In this document: positions 26,401 to 39,100 of the stretch, in pieces
Numbering within the stretch: the stretch's first letter is position 1
Layout: every line of letters starts with the position of its first letter
NCBI GenBank assembly: GCA_964016885.1
Contig: OZ024742.1
Coordinates: 163,990,001 to 164,054,000, forward strand
DNA length: 64,000 nucleotides
From: Eledone cirrhosa
Taxonomy: Eukaryota
Reading direction: 5' to 3'
Notes under the pieces: generated by a model
Databases searched by the model: none
Told to the model about the DNA's origin: nothing
Seen by the model: only the letters and a program-made list of their open reading frames with translations
Program-made: the position numbers and the translations under genes

Positions 26401-29400
26401 CTGGAATTTATCTCCCCTTGGACGGCTAGAAATTACCTCTCCTTGGACGGCTGGAAAATATTTCTCCTTGGACGGCTGGATATTATCTACCCTTGGACGG
26501 GTGGAAATTATCTCCCCTTGGACGGCTGGAAATTATCTCCCCTTGGACGGCTAGATATTACCTCCCCTTGGACGACTGGAAATTATCTCCCCTTGATTTT
26601 TTTTACAAATTATCTCCCCCTGATTTTTTTTTTACAAATTATCTCCCCCTGATTTTTTTTACAAATTATCTCCGCCTGATTTTTTTAAATATTATCTTCT
26701 CTTGGCTGGCGGGAAATTATCTCCCCTTGGACGGCTGAAAATTATCTCCCCTTGGACGGCTGGAAATTATCTCCCCTTGATTTTTTTTACAAATTATCTC
26801 CCCCTGATTTTTTTTTACAAATTATCTCCCCCTGATTTTTTTTTACAAATTATCTCCCCCTGATTTTTTTTTTACAAATTATCTCCCCCTGATTTATTTA
26901 CAAATTATCTCCCCCTGATTTTTTTTACAAATTATCTCCGCCTGATTTTTTTAAATATTATCTTCTCTTGGCTGGCGGGAAATTATCTCCCCTTGGACGG
27001 CTGAAAATTATCTCCCCTTGGACGGCTGGAAATTATCTCCCCTTGATTTTTTTTACAAATTATCTCCCCCTGATTTTTTTTTACAAATTATCTCCCCCTG
27101 ATTTTTTTTTACAAATTATCTCCCCCTGATTTTTTTTTACAAATTATCTCCCCCTGATTTTTTTTACAAATTATCTCCCCCTGATTTTTTTACAAATTAT
27201 CTCCCCTTGGCTGGCTGGAAATTATCTCCCCTTGGAGGCTGGAATTTATCTCCCCTTGGACGGCTAGAAATTACCTCTCCTTGGACGGCTGGAAAATATG
27301 TCCTTGGACGGCTGGATATTATCTACCCTTGGACGGCTGGAAATTATCTCCCCTTGGACGGCTGGAAATTATCTCCCCTTGGACGGCTAGATATTACCTC
27401 CCCTTGGACGGCTGGAAATTATCTCCCCTTGATTTTGTTTACAAATTATCTCCCCCTGATTTTTTTTTACAAATTATCTCCCCCTGATTTTTTTTTACAA
27501 ATTATCTACCCCTGATTTTTTTTTACAAATTATCTCCCCCTGATTTTTTTTACAAATTATCTCTCCCTGATTTTTTTTTACAAATTATCTCCCCCTGATT
27601 TTTTTTTACAAATTATCTACCCCTGATTTTTTTTTACAAATTATCTCCCCCTGATTTTTTTTACAAATTATCTCCCCCTGATTTTTTTTACAAATTATCT
27701 CCCCCTGATTTTTTTACAAATTATCTCCCCCCGATTTTTTTTACAAATTATCTCCGCCTAATTTTTTTAAATATTATCTTCCCTTGGCTGGCGGGAAATT
27801 ATCTCCCCTTGGACGGCTGAAAATTATCTCCCCTTGGACGGCTGGAAATTATCTCCCATTGATTTTTTTACAAATTATCTCCCCCTGATTTTTTTTTACA
27901 AATTATCTACCCCTGATTTTTTTTTACAAATTATCTACCCCTGATTTTTTTACAAATTATCTCCCCTTGGCTGGCTGGAAATTATCTCCCCTTGGAGGCT
28001 GGAATTTATCTCCCCTTGGACGGCTAGAAATTACCTCTCCTTGGACGGCTGGAAAATATGTCTCCTTGGACGGCTGGATATTATCTACCCTTGGACGGCT
28101 GGAAATTATCTCCCCTTGGACGGCTGGAAATTATCTCCCCTTGGACGGCTAGATATTACCTCCCCTTGGACGGCTGGAAATTATCTCCCCTTGATTTTTT
28201 TTACAAATTATCTCCCCCTGATTTTTTTTTACGAATTATCTCCCCCTGATTTTTTTTTACAAATTATCTCCGCCTGATTTTTTTTTTAAATTATCTCCCC
28301 TTGAACGGCTGGAAATTATCTCCCCTTGGACGGCTGGAAATTATCTCTCCTTGGACGGCTAGAAATTACCTCTCCTTGGACGGCTGAAAATTATCTCCCC
28401 TTGGACGGCTGCAAATTATCTCCCCTTGATTTTTTTAACAAATTATCTCCCCCTGATTTTTTTTTACAAATTATCTCCCCCTGATTTTTTTTTACAAATT
28501 ATCTACGCCTAATTTTTTTTACAAATTATCTCCCCCTGATTTTTTTTACAAATTATCTCCCCCTGATTTTTTTTACAAATTATCTCCCCCTGATTTTTTT
28601 TTACAAATTATCTCCCCCTGATTTTTTTACAAATTATCTCCCCCCTGATTTTTTTTACAATCTCCGCCTGATTTTTTAAAAAATTATCTTCCCTTGGCTG
28701 GCAGGAAATTATCTCCCCTTGGACGGCTGGAAATTATATCCCCTTGGAAGGATGGAAATTATCTCCCCTTGGACGGCTGGAAATTATCTCCCCTTGGACG
28801 GCTGGAAATTACCTCCCCTTGGACAGCTGGAAATTATCTGCCCTTGATTTTGTTTTTACAAATTATCTCCCCCTGATTTTTTTTACAAATTATCTCCACC
28901 TGATTTTTTAAAAAATTATCTCCCCTTGATTTTTTTACAAATTATCTCCCCCTGATTTTTTTTACAAATTATCTCCCCCTGATTTTTTTTTTACAAATTA
29001 TCTCCCCCTGATTTTTTTACAAATTATCTCCCCCTGATTTTTTTTACAAATTATCTCCGCCTGATTTTTTTAAATATTATCTTCCCTTGGCTGGCGGGAA
29101 ATTATCTCCCCTTGGACGGCTGAAAATTATCTCCCCTTGGACGGCTGGAAATTATCTCCCCTTGATTTTTTTTACAAATTATCTCCCCCTGATTTTTTTT
29201 TACAAATTATCTCCCCCTGATTTTTTTTACAAATTATCTGCCCCTGATTTTTTTTTACAAATTATCTGCCCCTGATTTTTTTTACAAATTATCTCCCCCT
29301 GATTTTTTTACAAATTATCTCCCCTTGGCTGGCTGGAAATTATCTCCCCTTGGAGGCTGGAATTTATCTCCCCTTGGACGGCTAGAAATTACCTCTCCTT

Positions 29401-30953
29401 GGACGGCTGGAAAATATTTCTCCTTGGACGGCTGGATATTATCTACCCTTGGACGGGTGAAAATTATCTCCCCTTGGACGGCTGGAAATTATCTCCCCTT
29501 GGACGGCTGGAAATTATCTCCCCTTGATTTTTTTTACAAATTATCTCCCCCTGATTTTTTTTACAAATTATCTCCACCTGATTTTTTTACAAATTATCTC
29601 CCCCTGATTTTTTTTACAAATTATCTCCCCCTGATTTTTTTTTTACAAATTATCTCCCCCTGATTTTTTTACAAATTATCTCCCCCTGATTTTTTTTACA
29701 AATTATCTCCGCCTGATTTTTTTAAATATTATCTTCCCTTGGCTGGCGGGAAATTATCTCCCCTTGGACGGCTGAAAATTATCTCCCCTTGGACGGCTGG
29801 AAATTATCTCCCCTTGATTTTTTTTACAAATTATCTCCCCCTGATTATTTTTTACAAATTATCTTTCCCTGATTTTTTTTTACAAATTATCTCCCCCTGA
29901 TTTTTTATACAAATTATCTCCCCCTGATTTTTTTACAAATTATCTCCCCTTGGCTGGCTGGAAATTATCTCCCCTTGGAGGCTGGAATTTATCTCCCCTT
30001 GGACGGCTGGAAATTATCTCTCCTTGGACGGCTAGTAATTACCTCTCCTTGGACGGCTGGAAAATATGTCTCGTTGGAGGGCTGGAAATTATCTCCCCTT
30101 GGACGGCTGGAAATTATCTCCCCTTGGACGGCTGGAAATTATCTCTCCTTGGACGGCTAGAAATTACCTCTCCTTGGACGGCTGAAAATTATCTCTCCTT
30201 GGACGGCTGGAAATTATCTCCCCTTGGACGGCTAGATATTACCTCCCCTTGGACGGCTGGAAATTATCTCCCCTTGATTTTTTTTACAAATTATCTCCGC
30301 CTGATTTTTTTTACAAATTATCTCCACCTGATTTTTTTACAAATTATCTCCCCCTGATTTTTTTTACAAATTATCTCCGCCTAATTTTTTTAAATATTAT
30401 CTTCCCTTGGCTGGCGGGAAATTATCTCCCCTTGGACGGCTGAAAATTATCTCCCCTTGGACGGCTGGAAATTATCTCCCCTTGATTTTTTTTACAAATT
30501 ATCTCCCCCTGATTTTTTTTTACAAATTATCTCCCCCTGATTTTTTTTTACAAATTATCTCCCCCTGATTTTTTTTTACAAATTATCTCCCCCTGATTTT
30601 TTTTACAAATTATCTCCCCTTGGCAGGCTGGAAATTATCTCCCCTTGGAGGCTGGAATTTATCTCCCCTTGGACGGCTAGAAATTACCTCTCCTTGGACG
30701 GCTGGAAAATATGTCCTTGGACGGCTGGATATTATCTACCCTTGGACGGCTGGAAATTATCTCCCCTTGGACGGCTGGAAATTATCTCCCCTTGGAGGCT
30801 GGAATTTATCTCCCCTTGGACGGCTAGAAATTACCTCTCCTTGGACGGCTGGAAAATATGTCCTTGGACGGCTGGATATTACCTCCCCTTGGACGGCTGG
30901 AAATTATCTCCCCTTGATTTTTTTTACAAATTATCTCCCCCTGATTTTTTTTA

Positions 30954-31420
30954 CAAATCTAATGATTTTTAAAAAAAAATTATCTCCCCTTCGCTGGCTG
31001 GAAATTATCTCCCCTTCGCTGGCTGGAAATTATCTCCCCTTGGACGCTGGAAATTATAGCCCCTTGGAGGGCTGGAAATTATCTTCCCTTGGACGGCTGG
31101 AAATTATCTCCCCTTGGCTCGAAATTATCTCCCCTTGGACGGCTAGAAATTATCTCTCTTTGGACGGCTGGAAATTATCTCCCTTTGATTTTTTTTACAA
31201 ATTATCTCCCCCTGATTTTTTTTACAAATCTCCCCCTGATTTTTTAAAAAAAATTATCTCCCCTTCGCTGGCTGGAAATTATCTCCCCTTGGACACTGGA
31301 AATTATAGCCCCTTGGAGGGCTGGAAATTATCTTCCCTTGGACGGCTGGAAATTATCTCTGCTTGATTTTTTTTACAAATTATCTCACCTTGATTTTTTT
31401 TTACAAATTATCCCCCCCGA
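30954..31420. repeat. Diverged-monomer island, copy 2
   Basis: Same variant cluster, offset ~7939 from copy 1 (ORF starts 22681/30620, 23555/31496). Confidence 0.9.
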
Positions 31421-33157
31421 TTTTTTTTACAAATTATCTCCCCCTGATTTTTTTTACAAATTATCTCCCCTTGGACGGCTGGAAATTATCTCCCCTTGGA
31501 CGGCTGGAAATTATCTCCCCTTGGACGGCTAGAAATTACCTCTCCTTGGACGACTGAAAATTATCTCCCCTTGGACGGCTGCAAATTATCTCCCCTTGAT
31601 TTTTTTTACAAATTATCTCCGCCTGATTTTTTTTTTAAAATTATCTCCCCTTGGACGGCTGGAAATTACCTCCCCTTGGACGGCTGGAAATTATCTCCCC
31701 TTGGACGGCTAGAAATTACCTCTCATTGGACGGCTGAAAATTATCTCCCCTTGGACGGCTGGAAATTATCTCCCCTTGATTTTTTTTACAAATTATCTCC
31801 CCCTGATTTTTTTTTACAAATTATCTCCCCCTGATTTTTTTTTTACAAATTATCTCCGCCTGATTTTTTTTTTAAATTATCTCTCCTTGGACGGCTGGAT
31901 ATTATCTCCCCTTTCATTTTTTTTACAAATTATCTCCCCCTGATTTTTTTTTACAAATTATCTCCCCCTGATTTTTTTTTACAAATTATCTACCCCTAAT
32001 TTTTTTTTACAAATTATCTCCCCCTGATTTTTTTTACAAATTATCTCCCCCTGATTTTTTTTTTACAAATTATCTCCCCCTGATTTTTTTACAAATTATC
32101 TCCCCCTGATTTTTTTTACAAATTATCTCCGCCTGATTTTTTTAAATATTATCTTCTCTTGGCTGGCGGGAAATTATCTCCCCTTGGACGGCTGAAAATT
32201 ATCTCCCCTTGGACGGCTGGAAATTATCTCCCCTTGATTTTTTTTACAAATTATCTCCCCCTGATTTTTTTTTACAAATTATCTCCCCCTGATTTTTTTT
32301 ACAAATTATCTCCCCCTGATTTTTTTTTACAAATTATCTCCCCCTGATTTTTTTTACAAATTATCTCCCCCTGATTTTTTTACAAATTATCTCCCCTTGG
32401 CTGGCTGGAAATTATCTCCCCTTGGAGGCTGGAATTTATCTCCCCTTGGACGGCTAGAAATTACCTCTCCTTGGACGGCTGGAAAATATGTCCTTGGACG
32501 GCTGGATATTATCTACCCTTGGACGGCTGGAAATTATCTCCCCTTGGACGGCTGGAAATTATCTCCCCTTGGACGGCTAGATATTACCTCCCCTTGGACG
32601 GCTGGAAATTATCTCCCCTTGATTTTTTTTACAAATTATCCCCCCCTGATTTTTTTTTACAAATTATCTCCCCCTGATTTTTTTTTACAAATTATCTACC
32701 CCTGATTTTTTTTTACAAATTATCTCCCCCTGATTTTTTTTACAAATTATCTCTCCCTGATTTTTTTTTACAAATTATCTCCACCTGATTTTTTGTTACA
32801 AATTATCTACCCCTGATTTTTTTTTACAAATTATCTCCCCCTGATTTTTTTTACAAATTATCTCCCCCTGATTTTTTTTACAAATTATCTCCCCCTGATT
32901 TTTTTACAAATTATCTCCCCCCGATTTTTTTTACAAATTATCTCCGCCTAATTTTTTTAAATATTATCTTCCCTTGGCTGGCGGGAAATTATCTCCCCTT
33001 GGACGGCTGAAAATTATCTCCCCTTGGACGGCTGGAAATTATCTCCCCTTGATTTTTTTACAAATTATCTCCCCCTGATTATTTTTTACAAATTATCTCC
33101 CCCTAATTTTTTTTTACAAATTATCTCCCTCTGATTTTTTTTACAAATTATCTCCCC

Positions 33158-36100
33158 TTGGCTGGCTGGAAATTATCTCCCCTTGGAGGCTGGAATTTAT
33201 CTCCACTTGGACGGTTAGAAATTACCTCTCCTTGGACTGCTGGAAAATATGTCTCCTTGGACGGCTGGAAATTATCTCCCCTTGGACGGCTGGAAATTAT
33301 CTCCCCTTGGACGGCTGGAAATTATCTCTCCTCGGACGACTAGAAATTACCTCTCCTTGGACAGCTGAAAATTATCTCCCCTTGGACGGCTGGAAATTAT
33401 CTCCCCTTGATTTTTTTTACAAATTATCTCCCCCCGATTTTTTTTTACAAATTATCTCCCCCTGATTTTTTTTTACAAATTATCTCCCCCTGATTTTTTT
33501 TACAAATTATCTCCCCCTGATATTTTTTACAAATTATCTCCCCCTGATTTTTTTACAAATTATCTCCCCTTGGCTGGCTGGAAATTATCTCCCCTTGGAG
33601 GCTGGAATTTATCTCCCCTTGGACGGCTAGAAATTACCTCGCCTTGGACGGCTGGAAAATATGTCTCCTTGGACGGCTGGAAATTATCTCCCCTTGGACG
33701 GCTGGAAATTATCTCCCCTTGGACGGCTGGAAATTATCTCCCTTTGGACGGCTAGATATTACCTCCCCTTGGACGGCTGGAAATTATCTCCCCTTGATTT
33801 TTTTTACAAATTATCTCCCCCTGATTTTTTTTTACAAATTATCTCCCCCTGATTTTTTTTTACGAATTATCTCCCCCTGATTTTTTTTTACAAATTATCT
33901 CCGCCTGATTTTTTTTTTTAAATTATCTCCCCTTGAACGGCTGGAAATTATCTCCCCTTGGACGGCTGGAAATTATCTCCCCTTGGACGGCTAGAAATTA
34001 CCTCTCCTTGGACGGCTGAAAATTATCTCCCCTTGGACGGCTGCAAATTATCTCCCCTTGATTTTTTAACAAATTATCTCCCCCTGATTTTTTTTTACAA
34101 ATTATCTCCCCCTGATTTTTTTTTACAAATTATCTACGCCTAATTTTTTTTACAAATTATCTCCCCCTGATTTTTTTTTACAAATTATCTCCCCCTGATT
34201 TTTTTTACAAATTATCTCCCCCTGATTTTTTTTTACAAATTATTTCCCCCTGATTTTTTTACAAATTATCTCCCCCCTGATTTTTTTTACAATCTCCGCC
34301 TGATTTTTTTAAAAATTATCTTGCCTTGGCTGGCGGGAAATTATCTCCCCTTGGACGGCTGGAAATTATATCCCCTTGAACGGCTGGAAATTACCTCCCC
34401 TTGGACAGCTGGAAATTATCTGCCCTTGATTTTGTTTTTACAAATTATCTCCCCCTGATTTTTTTTACAAATTATCTCCACCTGATTTTTTAAAAAATTA
34501 TCTCCCCTTGGACGGCTGGAAATTATCTCCCCTTGATTTTTTTTACAAATTATCTCCCCCTGATTTTTTTTTACAAATTATCTCCCCCTGATTTTTTTTT
34601 ACAAATTATCTCCCCCTGATTTTTTTTTACAAATTATCTGCCCCTGATTTTTTTTACAAATTATCTCCCCCTGATTTTTTTACAAATTATCTACCCTTGG
34701 CTGGCTGGAAATTATCTCCCCTTGGAGGCTGGAATTTATCTCCCCTTGGACGGCTAGAAATTACCTCTCCTTGGACGGCTGGAAAATATTTCTCCTTGGA
34801 CGGCTGGATATTATCTACCCTTGGACGGGTGGAAATTATCTCCCCTTGGACGGCTGGAAATTATCTCCCCTTGGACGGCTAGATATTACCTCCCCTTGGA
34901 CGACTGGAAATTATCTCCCCTTGATTTTTTTTACAAATTATCTCCCCCTGAATTTTTTTTTACAAATTATCTCCCCCTGATTTTTTTTACAAATTATCTC
35001 CGCCTGATTTTTTTAAATATTATCTTCTCTTGGCTGGCGGGAAATTATCTCCCCTTGGACGGCTGAAAATTATCTCCCCTTGGACGGCTGGAAATTATCT
35101 CCCCTTGATTTTTTTTACAAATTATCTCCCCCTGATTTTTTTTTACAAATTATCTCCCCCTGATTTTTTTTTACAAATTATCTCCCCCTGATTTTTTTTT
35201 TACAAATTATCTCCCCCTGATTTATTTACAAATTATCTCCCCCTGATTTTTTTTACAAATTATCTCCGCCTGATTTTTTTAAATATTATCTTCTCTTGGC
35301 TGGCGGGAAATTATCTCCCCTTGGACGGCTGAAAATTATCTCCCCTTGGACGGCTGGAAATTATCTCCCCTTGATTTTTTTTACAAATTATCTCCCCCTG
35401 ATTTTTTTTTACAAATTATCTCCCCCTGATTTTTTTTTACAAATTATCTCCCCCTGATTTTTTTTTACAAATTATCTCCCCCTGATTTTTTTTACAAATT
35501 ATCTCCCCCTGATTTTTTTACAAATTATCTCCCCTTGGCTGGCTGGAAATTATCTCCCCTTGGAGGCTGGAATTTATCTCCCCTTGGACGGCTAGAAATT
35601 ACCTCTCCTTGGACGGCTGGAAAATATGTCCTTGGACGGCTGGATATTATCTACCCTTGGACGGCTGGAAATTATCTCCCCTTGGACGGCTGGAAATTAT
35701 CTCCCCTTGGACGGCTAGATATTACCTCCCCTTGGACGGCTGGAAATTATCTCCCCTTGATTTTGTTTACAAATTATCTCCCCCTGATTTTTTTTTACAA
35801 ATTATCTCCCCCTGATTTTTTTTTACAAATTATCTACCCCTGATTTTTTTTTACAAATTATCTCCCCCTGATTTTTTTTACAAATTATCTCTCCCTGATT
35901 TTTTTTTACAAATTATCTCCCCCTGATTTTTTTTTACAAATTATCTACCCCTGATTTTTTTTTACAAATTATCTCCCCCTGATTTTTTTTACAAATTATC
36001 TCCCCCTGATTTTTTTTACAAATTATCTCCCCCTGATTTTTTTACAAATTATCTCCCCCCGATTTTTTTTACAAATTATCTCCGCCTAATTTTTTTAAAT

Positions 36101-39100
36101 ATTATCTTCCCTTGGCTGGCGGGAAATTATCTCCCCTTGGACGGCTGAAAATTATCTCCCCTTGGACGGCTGGAAATTATCTCCCATTGATTTTTTTACA
36201 AATTATCTCCCCCTGATTTTTTTTTACAAATTATCTACCCCTGATTTTTTTTTACAAATTATCTCCCCCTGATTTTTTTACAAATTATCTCCCCTTGGCT
36301 GGCTGGAAATTATCTCCCCTTGGAGGCTGGAATTTATCTCCCCTTGGACGGCTAGAAATTACCTCTCCTTGGACGGCTGGAAAATATGTCTCCTTGGACG
36401 GCTGGATATTATCTACCCTTGGACGGCTGGAAATTATCTCCCCTTGGACGGCTGGAAATTATCTCCCCTTGAACGGCTGGAAATTATCTCCCCTTGGACG
36501 GCTGGAAATTATCTCCCCTTGGACGGCTAGAAATTACCTCTCCTTGGACGGCTGAAAATTATCTCCCCTTGGACGGCTGCAAATTATCTCCCCTTGATTT
36601 TTTTAACAAATTATCTCCCCCTGATTTTTTTTTACAAATTATCTCCCCCTGATTTTTTTTTACAAATTATCTACGCCTAATTTTTTTTACAAATTATCTC
36701 CCCCTGATTTTTTTACAAATTATCTCCCCTTGGCTGGCTGGAAATTATCTCCCCTTGGAGGCTGGAATTTATCTCCACTTGGACGGTTAGAAATTACCTC
36801 TCCTTGGACTGCTGGAAAATATGTCTCCTTGGACGGCTGGAAATTATCTCCCCTTGGACGGCTGGAAATTATCTCCCCTTGGACGGCTGGAAATTATCTC
36901 TCCTCGGACGACTAGAAATTACCTCTCCTTGGACAGCTGAAAATTATCTCCCCTTGGACGGCTGGAAATTATCTCCCCTTGATTTTTTTTACAAATTATC
37001 TCCCCCCGATTTTTTTTTACAAATTATCTCCCCCTGATATTTTTTACAAATTATCTCCCCCTGATTTTTTTACAAATTATCTCCCCTTGGCTGGCTGGAA
37101 ATTATCTCCCCTTGGAGGCTGGAATTTATCTCCCCTTGGACGGCTAGAAATTACCTCGCCTTGGACGGCTGGAAAATATGTCTCCTTGGACGGCTGGAAA
37201 TTATCTCCCCTTGGACGGCTGGAAATTATCTCCCCTTGGACGGCTGGAAATTATCTCCCTTTGGACGGCTAGATATTACCTCCCCTTGGACGGCTGGAAA
37301 TTATCTCCCCTTGATTTTTTTTACAAATTATCTCCCCCTGATTTTTTTTTACAAATTATCTCCCCCTGATTTTTTTTTACGAATTATCTCCCCCTGATTT
37401 TTTTTTACAAATTATCTCCGCCTGATTTTTTTTTTTAAATTATCTCCCCTTGAACGGCTGGAAATTATCTCCCCTTGGACGGCTGGAAATTATCTCCCCT
37501 TGGACGGCTAGAAATTACCTCTCCTTGGACGGCTGAAAATTATCTCCCCTTGGACGGCTGCAAATTATCTCCCCTTGATTTTTTAACAAATTATCTCCCC
37601 CTGATTTTTTTTTACAAATTATCTCCCCCTGATTTTTTTTTACAAATTATCTACGCCTAATTTTTTTTACAAATTATCTCCCCCTGATTTTTTTTTACAA
37701 ATTATCTCCCCCTGATTTTTTTTACAAATTATCTCCCCCTGATTTTTTTTTACAAATTATTTCCCCCTGATTTTTTTACAAATTATCTCCCCCCTGATTT
37801 TTTTTACAATCTCCGCCTGATTTTTTTAAAAATTATCTTGCCTTGGCTGGCGGGAAATTATCTCCCCTTGGACGGCTGGAAATTATATCCCCTTGGACGG
37901 CTGGAAATTACCTCCCCTTGGACAGCTGGAAATTATCTGCCCTTGATTTTGTTTTTACAAATTATCTCCCCCTGATTTTTTTTACAAATTATCTCCACCT
38001 GATTTTTTAAAAAATTATCTCCCCTTGGACGGCTGGAAATTATCTCCCCTTGATTTTTTTTACAAATTATCTCCCCCTGATTTTTTTTTACAAATTATCT
38101 CCCCCTGATTTTTTTTTACAAATTATCTCCCCCTGATTTTTTTTTACAAATTATCTGCCCCTGATTTTTTTTACAAATTATCTCCCCCTGATTTTTTTAC
38201 AAATTATCTCCCCTTGGCTGGCTGGAAATTATCTCCCCTTGGAGGCTGGAATTTATCTCCCCCTGGACGGCTAGAAATTACCTCTCCTTGGACGGCTGGA
38301 AAATATTTCTCCTTGGACGGCTGGATATTATCTACCCTTGGACGGGTGGAAATTATCTCCCCTTGGACGGCTGGAAATTATCTCCCCTTGGACGGCTAGA
38401 TATTACCTCCCCTTGGACGACTGGAAATTATCTCCCCTTGATTTTTTTTACAAATTATCTCCCCCTGAATTTTTTTTTACAAATTATCTCCCCCTGATTT
38501 TTTTTACAAATTATCTCCGCCTGATTTTTTTAAATATTATCTTCTCTTGGCTGGCGGGAAATTATCTCCCCTTGGACGGCTGAAAATTATCTCCCCTTGG
38601 ACGGCTGGAAATTATCTCCCCTTGATTTTTTTTACAAATTATCTCCCCCTGATTTTTTTTTACAAATTATCTCCCCCTGATTTTTTTTTACAAATTATCT
38701 CCCCCTGATTTTTTTTTTACAAATTATCTCCCCCTGATTTATTTACAAATTATCTCCCCCTGATTTTTTTTACAAATTATCTCCGCCTGATTTTTTTAAA
38801 TATTATCTTCTCTTGGCTGGCGGGAAATTATCTCCCCTTGGACGGCTGAAAATTATCTCCCCTTGGACGGCTGGAAATTATCTCCCCTTGATTTTTTTTA
38901 CAAATTATCTCCCCCTGATTTTTTTTTACAAATTATCTCCCCCTGATTTTTTTTACAAATTATCTCCCCCTGATTTTTTTACAAATTATCTCCCCTTGGC
39001 TGGCTGGAAATTATCTCCCCTTGGAGGCTGGAATTTATCTCCCCTTGGACGGCTAGAAATTACCTCTCCTTGGACGGCTGGAAAATATGTTCAGTACGGC

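Noticed and set aside
30620-31366. Longest ORF (248 aa, also 50166-50912) crossing the diverged island
   Set aside because: It consists only of satellite-derived peptide with no domain, and the homologous frame is broken in island copy 1 (22681-23427).
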